The notes under the pieces: generated by a model
Databases searched by the model: none
Told to the model about the DNA's origin: nothing
The model's input: only the letters and a program-made list of their open reading frames with translations
Position numbers and translations under genes: made by a program
Part shown: in pieces, positions 13,474 through 20,000 of the stretch
Numbering within the stretch: position 1 is the first letter of the stretch
How the letters are laid out: every line of letters starts with the position of its first letter
Virus record (IMG/VR): IMGVR_UViG_3300030106_004658
DNA: 20,000 nt
Direction: 5' to 3' (one strand)
Source: an uncultured virus (IMG/VR IMGVR_UViG_3300030106_004658)
Lineage: Duplodnaviria > Heunggongvirae > Uroviricota > Caudoviricetes > Crassvirales

Positions 13474-14049
13474 ATGAAGAATTTAAATAAAAAATTAGCA
13501 GTTATACAAACTGANNNNNNNNNNACTGAATTAAAAGCAAAAAAATCTTCGTATAATTCTTTCGGGAAGTATTATTTCCGAAAGGCCGAAGATATACTCG
13601 AGGCAGTAAAGCCTTTCTTACTTAGAGAAGGTGTGTCGGTAAGAGTCGATGAAGAATTGATTCACGATGCACCACCTACAATTAAATCAACAGCCACCAT
13701 TTCTGATGGCGAAAATTCAATCACAGCTACAGCAATAGTCGGTGTAGACCTTAATCAAAAAGGTATGCAAACGGCTCAACAATTTGGAGCAGCTTCATCT
13801 TACGGGAAAAAGTATGCGTTAGGCAACTTATTTCTAATTGATGATACAGCTGATGCTGACTCGACTAATAGTCATGGGAAAGCTAGCCAAATTGTAAACA
13901 AACATGTTAAAGCTTCTATAATGACTGAAGATCAACTAAAGAAAGCTGTTGAATTTGTAAAAGGAGGAGGAGCTATTACTGCTATCGAGTCTAAATATAC
14001 CGTTACACCTGAACAAATGAAAGCATTAAAAAACGGAGTTAATGGATAA
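13474..14049 (+). CDS. erf: ERF-family single-strand annealing protein
   Basis: LKAKKSSYNSFGKYYFRKAEDILEAVKP and QQFGAASSYGKKYALGNLFLIDDTADAD; the gap is flanked by a duplicated ACTGA, so it is probably an unmerged overlap. Confidence 0.88.
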   Translation: MKNLNKKLAVIQTXXXXTELKAKKSSYNSFGKYYFRKAEDILEAVKPFLLREGVSVRVDEELIHDAPPTIKSTATISDGENSITATAIVGVDLNQKGMQTAQQFGAASSYGKKYALGNLFLIDDTADADSTNSHGKASQIVNKHVKASIMTEDQLKKAVEFVKGGGAITAIESKYTVTPEQMKALKNGVNG

Positions 14050-14773
14050 AAAAATAATTGAAAAATTAAGACAGGACGAACATTACTATGGAGACTATGG
14101 CAAACAGTTCTTAAGTAATTCAGATATATCTATATTACTTAAAAATCCTAGATTATTAAGAGAAGATAAACCGAAGACATCAGCAATGGTGATAGGAGGC
14201 TATTTTCACACTGCAATATTAGAACCTGATAAACTTGAAAGTTTTAAGATTATCAAATCTAGCACTAGGAATACTAAGCAATATAAAGAGATGTCTGGAG
14301 GAGAGATTTGTTTGCTTCAACACGAGGTTGATAAAATAGAATTAATGAGAGAGGCTGTTATGGATAACAAGATATGTAGGGAACTTATAGATGGTCTTGG
14401 TACCGTCGAATATGAGATACCTGGAGTTACTAAAATACATGGGAATATGTGGAAAGGTAAAGCAGATATTGTTAACCATGATGAAAGACTTATAATAGAT
14501 CTTAAAACAACTAGTGATATTGATAGGTTTAGATGGTCTGCTTCTAAGTTTAACTATGATAGTCAAGCTTATATCTATAGCAACCTATTTGGTTATGAGA
14601 TGTTGTTTATGGTAATAGACAAAGAAACACTCCAAATAGGTTTGTTCGACTGTTCTCCAGATTTTTATTCTTCTGGAGAGGACAAAGTGCGTAAAGCTAC
14701 TGACGCGTACGAGCTGTTTTATAAGACAGATGATTTTGACAGTAAGCAATATTTAATAACTAAAACCTTATAA
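14042..14773 (+). CDS. PD-(D/E)XK exonuclease (RecE/exonuclease VIII-like)
   Basis: LSNSDI, GGYFHTAILEP, KGKADIV...IIDLKTT, YDSQAYIY; adjacent to erf. Confidence 0.85.
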   Translation: MDKKIIEKLRQDEHYYGDYGKQFLSNSDISILLKNPRLLREDKPKTSAMVIGGYFHTAILEPDKLESFKIIKSSTRNTKQYKEMSGGEICLLQHEVDKIELMREAVMDNKICRELIDGLGTVEYEIPGVTKIHGNMWKGKADIVNHDERLIIDLKTTSDIDRFRWSASKFNYDSQAYIYSNLFGYEMLFMVIDKETLQIGLFDCSPDFYSSGEDKVRKATDAYELFYKTDDFDSKQYLITKTL

Positions 14774-14776
14774 ACC

Positions 14777-14965
14777 ATGAGATATAAGATGAAAACCTGT
14801 GCAATATCAGGTAAGAGATTTAAAGCAACGAAAGATAATTTTTATTTCAATGCTAGCTCTCCAGATAAATTGCACCCTTATCATAAAAAATATGATAATT
14901 TTAGAAGAGTTACAGGCGCTTCTGTAGATAAAGTAAAAGAATTAGTTAACTTAATAAATGGATAA
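14777..14965 (+). CDS. Small basic hypothetical protein
   Basis: 62 aa in operon context. Confidence 0.7.
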   Translation: MRYKMKTCAISGKRFKATKDNFYFNASSPDKLHPYHKKYDNFRRVTGASVDKVKELVNLING

Positions 14966-14967
14966 AT

Positions 14968-15273
14968 ATGGCAAGTATAATAAAAACTTCTATAAATCTT
15001 TCTGAAATACCGAAAGATAAAATATTCGTAGGTAAGAAAGGTAAGTACCTACCAATAACAATAACGCTGAATGATGAGGTTGATCAGTTTGGTAACCAAG
15101 GACCAGTAGTTGTTGAGCAGACCAAGGAGGAAAGAGAGTCTAAGCAGGCTAAAACTTACTTAGGTAATGCTAAAGTAATTTGGACAAATGGAGAAAATGT
15201 TGCTCCAGCTCCAAGAGATAACCAACCCGCGGCTGAACCAGCAGCTGTTAAACCTGAAGATCTACCATTTTAA
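14968..15273 (+). CDS. Putative single-stranded DNA-binding protein
   Basis: 101 aa beta-rich core, Pro/Ala linker and C-terminal EDLPF SSB-type tail; lies between the recombination genes and the primase. Confidence 0.65.
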   Translation: MASIIKTSINLSEIPKDKIFVGKKGKYLPITITLNDEVDQFGNQGPVVVEQTKEERESKQAKTYLGNAKVIWTNGENVAPAPRDNQPAAEPAAVKPEDLPF

Positions 15274-16994
15274 TGAATATTCAAGATACAGAGATCAATG
15301 GATTCTTGATTGACCAATTCAATCAATACAGTCTAAAACCTGGGAGCACCCAAGGGACTTGTCCCTTGTGCTCTCACACTAGACAACCTAAGAATCAGAA
15401 GTTACAATGTGCTTCTTATGATTGGGAACGTGGTCTCGGGACTTGTCATAACTGTGATACTAGTTTCCAGTTACATACTTACCAGCGTAAGGGTAATGCA
15501 ACTAGAGAATATGTGAAACCAATACCGGTTGAAGTGTTCAAACCAGTTAAAGACAAGGCTGTTAAATGGTTTAAAACTAGAGGTATAACTCAACAAACGT
15601 TAAATGACCTATGCGTTACAACGGGTGAAGAGTTTATGCCTCAAACAGGGCAGAAAGAAAACACTATACAATTTAATTATATTATGGGTGATGAACTTAT
15701 TAATGTAAAGTATAGAGATGGCCGTAAGAATTTTAAACTATACAAAGGTGCTGAAAAGATATTCTATAATATAAATAGTATTGTAGGATATGACTGGTGC
15801 GTTATCACTGAAGGTGAAATGGATGCGTTAGCATTGCACGAAGCTGGAATTAAAAATGTGATATCAGTTCCTAACGGTGCCACGTTAAATAGCAATAATC
15901 TAGATTATCTAGATAATTGTATTGATTATTTTGAAGATAAGAATAAAGTTATATTAGCAGTCGATGCTGATGAGGCTGGTCAAGCTTTAAGATACGAGCT
16001 AATTAGGCGTCTTGGTGCTGAAGTCTGTTATTTAGTAGATTTTAATGGCAATAAAGATGCTAACGACTTTTTAATAGAACACGGAGCAGAAGAACTTAGA
16101 AAAGTTATAACATCTGCAACACAAGTTCCACTAGAAGGTGTTTCAACTCTTAAAGATATAGAGGCTGATTTACTTGACTTTGTACACAATGGTTTCAAAC
16201 CTGGCTATCAGGTTGGTTTAGAGAATTTTGATAGAATATTCTCCACATACACCTCGCAGTTTATAACTGTTACAGGTATACCATCATCTGGTAAATCAGA
16301 CTTTGTAGACCAAATGTGTATAGGTTATAATAGAAATTATGGTTGGAAAACAGCTTATGCGTCTCCTGAAAACAAACCTAATTTTCTACACGCTCACAAA
16401 CTAATACGTAAAACATGGGAAGGTATGCCAACAAAAGATGATGTTGGTAGTGATAAATGGAAACAAATCACTGAACATATTAATGATAATTATTTCTTTA
16501 TTGATATGGACAGGTACACACTTGAAGATGTGTTACGTAAGGGCGCTGAGCTTGTAAAACGTAAAGGTATTAAATGTTTAGTCATTGATCCTTTTAATAA
16601 GATTAGAGATGTTGACTGTAAGACTGAAGATGTTAATCGTTATACTATGGAGTATTTAACTAAGATTGAGACATTTGCTAAAAAGTATGATGTACTAGTT
16701 ATGGTTGTTGCTCACCCTACTAAAATGTACAGAGACAAAGAGGGTAAAATTGAAGAACCCACAATGTATAGTATTAAGGGTGGTGGTGAATGGTATGATG
16801 CTAGTTATCACGGTCTTTTAGTTCATAGAGATTATGAAGCTCAAACGGTTAAAGTTAAAGTTTTAAAAGTTAAGTTTCAAAACTTAGGTGAAAATCAAGC
16901 TGAAGCTCATTTTAATTGGGAGCCAAAATCAGGTAGTTACATACCGTTAGTAACTGACACAGCTGAAGTTGGAGCGTTACCATGGGAAAGTTAA
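15273..16994 (+). CDS. Primase-helicase (T7 gp4/Twinkle-like)
   Basis: Zn finger CPLC...CHNC, TOPRIM ITEGEMDAL and DADEAG, KDANDFL, Walker A GIPSSGKS, LVIDPFN, VAHPTK. Confidence 0.95.
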   Translation: MNIQDTEINGFLIDQFNQYSLKPGSTQGTCPLCSHTRQPKNQKLQCASYDWERGLGTCHNCDTSFQLHTYQRKGNATREYVKPIPVEVFKPVKDKAVKWFKTRGITQQTLNDLCVTTGEEFMPQTGQKENTIQFNYIMGDELINVKYRDGRKNFKLYKGAEKIFYNINSIVGYDWCVITEGEMDALALHEAGIKNVISVPNGATLNSNNLDYLDNCIDYFEDKNKVILAVDADEAGQALRYELIRRLGAEVCYLVDFNGNKDANDFLIEHGAEELRKVITSATQVPLEGVSTLKDIEADLLDFVHNGFKPGYQVGLENFDRIFSTYTSQFITVTGIPSSGKSDFVDQMCIGYNRNYGWKTAYASPENKPNFLHAHKLIRKTWEGMPTKDDVGSDKWKQITEHINDNYFFIDMDRYTLEDVLRKGAELVKRKGIKCLVIDPFNKIRDVDCKTEDVNRYTMEYLTKIETFAKKYDVLVMVVAHPTKMYRDKEGKIEEPTMYSIKGGGEWYDASYHGLLVHRDYEAQTVKVKVLKVKFQNLGENQAEAHFNWEPKSGSYIPLVTDTAEVGALPWES

Positions 16995-17251
16995 AAGTAG
17001 CACACGGAACATACCCAGGTCACACCAGGATAGATGATGAATTAAAATCATATAGGTGGTGTCTTAGTAACAAAATAGTTATAGGACCTGTTCCGCTGTG
17101 GAATGAAAACTATGGTAAATGGACAGTAGAAATAAGAATGAACGGTAAAGTTAATACTGATCCAGCGAAATATGAAAGAGAGAGTATAATGCACAAGGTG
17201 TACGAATACTGTGATTACTATTATAATAAATATAAAAAAGATGGAGAATAG
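16982..17251 (+). CDS. Hypothetical protein
   Basis: 89 aa overlapping both neighbours. Confidence 0.7.
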   Translation: MGKLKVAHGTYPGHTRIDDELKSYRWCLSNKIVIGPVPLWNENYGKWTVEIRMNGKVNTDPAKYERESIMHKVYEYCDYYYNKYKKDGE

Positions 17252-17891
17252 ATTTAAAAACGCAAACGAAGCTTTTAAGTATTTTAAATGGCAAATACCA
17301 GAATATGGTATTGAATTTGATGACACACAAGCTTTATTTAATGTGGGTTTCTACTTAGAAAACCCAATGGACAATTTAATTAAAGATCAAGATCGTAATT
17401 GGAAATGGGATTATGCTGAAGCTGAATGGCAATGGTATTTATCTGGTCAAAACAACATAAGTATACTAGGTGAATTATATGGTAAAGTTCCCGAAATATG
17501 GAAACACATGGCTGATAGAGAGGGTTATGTTAATTCTAATTATGGTTGGCAATGGAAACGAGGTAATCAATTAGATGAGGTTATAGGTTTGTTAAAAGAA
17601 AACCCAAGAACTAGACAGGCCGCAATATCTATATATGATCGTAAAGAAGGGTACATGTACGATAATGATACACCGTGTACTTATGCTATTCAATTTACAA
17701 TTGTAGCTCAACATCTTAATATGTGTGTTACGATGCGTTCTAATGACCTCTGGTACGGTTTCTGCAACGATCAGTACTGTTTCTCTAAGTTACAGGAATT
17801 AGTTGCTACAGAGACAGGTTTGTTAATAGGTAGTTATTACCACTTTGCACACAATCTACATCTTTATGATAATATAATTGAAAAGCTATGA
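17241..17891 (+). CDS. Thymidylate synthase-family enzyme, dCMP hydroxymethylase (T4 gp42)-like
   Basis: Likely start MENRF at 17241; VNSNYGWQW, catalytic DTPCT, MRSNDLWYGFCND, NLHLY. Confidence 0.8.
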   Translation: MENRFKNANEAFKYFKWQIPEYGIEFDDTQALFNVGFYLENPMDNLIKDQDRNWKWDYAEAEWQWYLSGQNNISILGELYGKVPEIWKHMADREGYVNSNYGWQWKRGNQLDEVIGLLKENPRTRQAAISIYDRKEGYMYDNDTPCTYAIQFTIVAQHLNMCVTMRSNDLWYGFCNDQYCFSKLQELVATETGLLIGSYYHFAHNLHLYDNIIEKL

Positions 17892-18703
17892 TAGATAATA
17901 AATATATAATATACCACATACCAGGAAAAAAGATCGGTGTTACGAATGACTTGTATAATAGAGTTGAATGTCAACAAGGTTATGAGGTAGGTGAGTATGA
18001 AATTCTAGAGTCTTCTGAAGATATAAAATACATATCTAAACGTGAAATAGAATTACAAAAGGAATACGGTTATAAAGTTGATCTTATTCCATATAATGAA
18101 CTGAGTGTTAACCAAAAATTAAATAATATGAATATAAACGTTACGGAACAAACTACTACGTTTCCGTGTCCATTAAATAAACTTAAAGGTAGGTTAATGG
18201 ATAATCTTGAAATGCGCTGGGACACAGAGCACGGTCAAGTTTACTTAGATGACGATCTAGCTAAATGGATAATTAAAAACGCAAAAACATCTATGTTTAA
18301 TAACGAAAGGTGTTATGTTTATAATAAAGCTATGGCTAGATATCTAGACAATAGAAAAGACCAACTACCATTTCCAGAACAAAATGGACATTACAAACAT
18401 GAAAACGACGTGGTTTTTTACTTTGACATGATTAGAGACTGGGCTGAAGAGCGCGGTATATATGCAAATGGAGATCCTAAAACTCAATCACTAAAATTAG
18501 TTGAAGAGGTTGGCGAGACTTGTCGAGCTATACTAAAACAAAACAAAGATGATGCTATGGATGGTATCGGTGACTGCGTTGTTGTGTTAACTAATTTAGC
18601 TGAGTTATTAGATACGTCAATTGAAGAGTGTGTTGAAAGAGCTTACGCTGAGATTAGCAATAGAACTGGTAAAATGAAAAATGGAACATTTGTAAAAGAT
18701 TAA
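17888..18703 (+). CDS. Multi-domain protein with C-terminal MazG-like nucleotide pyrophosphohydrolase
   Basis: C-terminal IRDWAEERGI...KLVEEVGE...DGIGDCVVVLTNLA...AYAEISNRTGKMKNGTFVKD; the N-terminus YIIYHIPGKKIGVTNDLYNR is GIY-YIG-like. Confidence 0.8.
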   Translation: MIDNKYIIYHIPGKKIGVTNDLYNRVECQQGYEVGEYEILESSEDIKYISKREIELQKEYGYKVDLIPYNELSVNQKLNNMNINVTEQTTTFPCPLNKLKGRLMDNLEMRWDTEHGQVYLDDDLAKWIIKNAKTSMFNNERCYVYNKAMARYLDNRKDQLPFPEQNGHYKHENDVVFYFDMIRDWAEERGIYANGDPKTQSLKLVEEVGETCRAILKQNKDDAMDGIGDCVVVLTNLAELLDTSIEECVERAYAEISNRTGKMKNGTFVKD

Positions 18704-18706
18704 TAT

Positions 18707-18991
18707 ATGAGTGATAGAGAAATAATGAATGCTAAGGGTTTTGCGGTCATGGATAATGATGAACGTATATTTAGAGATCCTGTTGTAAAACGTGTTGTAG
18801 ATAAATTTAGAGAGCGATCAGACGCTGGTTATGAAAAATATGGCACGACTCTTCATGAAGAGAGAACAACGAAGATAAAAGGTCTTATGAAGTATTTAAT
18901 TGATATTCAAGAAGAACTTATGGACGCGGTATTATACATACAAACCGCACAAGAAGAACTTAAAGATATGTTAAATGAGAAAGAGACGTAA
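18707..18991 (+). CDS. Small all-alpha NTP-pyrophosphatase (MazG-fold)-like protein
   Basis: RSDAGYEKYGTTL...IQEELMDAVLYI with an EExxD metal-binding pattern. Confidence 0.6.
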   Translation: MSDREIMNAKGFAVMDNDERIFRDPVVKRVVDKFRERSDAGYEKYGTTLHEERTTKIKGLMKYLIDIQEELMDAVLYIQTAQEELKDMLNEKET

Positions 18992-19415
18992 AAAGAAAGG
19001 ACCTGTTAGGTCTAAGAAGGTTGTGTTTGACGGCATAACCTTCGCCTCTGGTCTAGAAAGGTATATGTATCAAGCTTTAAAGAAAGCTAAAATAAAAGCT
19101 GAATATGAAGGTGAGACATTTACTTTGATAAACGGATTTAATTTTGAAATTGATAGTTATGAAAGACAATCTAATGGAAAAGGAGAATTTAAAAACAGAG
19201 GAGATAAAAAAGTATTACCAATTAAATACACACCAGATTTTGTAAATGAGAACTTTATAATAGAGTGTAAAGGTCGAGCGAACGAAAGTTTCCCAATGAG
19301 ATGGAAACTGTTTAAGAGAATGATTAATATTTCAAGACCTTATGTAACTTTATATAAGCCTCAAAACCAAAAAGAGTGTGATCAGGTAATAGAGTTAATA
19401 ACTAAAAACAAATAA
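18975..19415 (+). CDS. T7 endonuclease I-like nuclease/Holliday junction resolvase
   Basis: FASGLE, YTPDF, IIECKGR. Confidence 0.8.
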   Translation: MRKRRKKKGPVRSKKVVFDGITFASGLERYMYQALKKAKIKAEYEGETFTLINGFNFEIDSYERQSNGKGEFKNRGDKKVLPIKYTPDFVNENFIIECKGRANESFPMRWKLFKRMINISRPYVTLYKPQNQKECDQVIELITKNK

Positions 19416-19416
19416 T

Positions 19417-19560
19417 ATGAATTGGGAATTTAGTGTAGGATTTTATCCTGGTATACTTTTTGGAATGAGGACGTATACCGAACGAAACAAACAAAACCAT
19501 GTAATATATCTACCGCTTGTAGATTTTTGTTTAACAATATTTAAAAGAAAAGGAAAATAA
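19417..19560 (+). CDS. 47-aa hypothetical protein
   Basis: MNWEFSVGFYPGILFGMRTY...FKRKGK; TAATG overlap with the reductase gene. Confidence 0.6.
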   Translation: MNWEFSVGFYPGILFGMRTYTERNKQNHVIYLPLVDFCLTIFKRKGK

Positions 19561-20000
19561 TGAAAGAGATTAATAGTAACATTTTATCTGATATCACTGT
19601 TCATATGAAATATGCTAAATATAATCCTGAGTTAAAACGTAGAGAAACTTGGGAGGAATTAGTANNNNNNNNNNGATGCGTTCAACGAGATAATGTTTCT
19701 ATTGTTATCAGGATGTGGAGTTGGATATTCAGTTCAACAGCACCATATAAAACAATTGCCATTTTTAATGAAACCTTTTAGAAATAGAACTAGAAGATTT
19801 GTTATAGGTGATTCAATTGAGGGTTGGTCTGATGCTGTTAAGGTATTAATTAGATCTTATCTTGGAGAGAAAAGAGCTTCAAGAATAATATTTGATTATA
19901 CTGACATCAGACCTAAAGGTGCTAGGCTAGTGACATCAGGTGGTAAAGCACCTGGTCCACAGCCTTTGAAAGAATGTTTAATAAAAGTTGAAGGTATTTT
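19560..20000 (+). CDS. nrdJ: Ribonucleotide reductase, class II (NrdJ/RTPR-like), partial and gapped
   Basis: KYAKY...RRETWEELV-[gap]-DAFNEIMFLLLSGCGVGYSVQ...IGDSIEGW...FDYTDIRPKGARLVTSGGKAPGPQPL; runs off the window. Confidence 0.8.

Noticed and set aside
4798..17326. Minus-strand ORFs 4798, 9304, 9875, 14342 and 17048
   Set aside because: Antisense to plus-strand genes or to the structured RNA in a uniformly plus-strand region.
17241..17891. Ordinary thyA
   Set aside because: Asp at the Asn177-equivalent position and gp42-like motifs argue against dUMP specificity, so the symbol is withheld.
1..20000. Stop-codon reassignment as in some Bacteroidota phages
   Set aside because: Long genes are intact under the standard code, TAG and TGA both end genes at sensible boundaries, and the tRNA is not a suppressor.

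Overview
AT-rich bacteriophage DNA with four 10-N scaffold gaps (3295-3304, 11164-11173, 13515-13524, 19665-19674). The AT-rich, Shine-Dalgarno-less leaders suggest a Bacteroidota (Flavobacteriia-type) host, and denV suggests a sunlit habitat; both are inferences. Two gene blocks diverge from a non-coding switch at about 4384-4764. The minus-strand left arm carries two paralogous, probably virion, genes, an array of five small proteins sharing an N-terminal MAFK(M/L) motif, then groEL and groES. The plus-strand right arm starts with an early-type region of tiny ORFs punctuated by eight copies of a 34-bp promoter-like motif. This region holds one true tRNA-Arg(UCU), two unannotated structured RNAs that each end in a truncated tRNA-like module (6005-6145 and 8966-9394), and an ArfA/BrfA-like peptide. 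A replication and nucleotide block follows: DNA ligase, HTH protein, DenV, sigma-70 factor, ERF, PD-(D/E)XK exonuclease, putative SSB, primase-helicase, a T4 gp42-like dCMP-type thymidylate synthase homolog, two MazG-like proteins, an endonuclease I-like resolvase and a class II-like ribonucleotide reductase. Best candidates for new biology are the tRNA-tailed ncRNAs, the MAFKMK-tagged protein array, the two-class promoter system with leaderless starts, and a probable cytosine-modification pathway. All calls were made by eye; no searches or folding programs were run.
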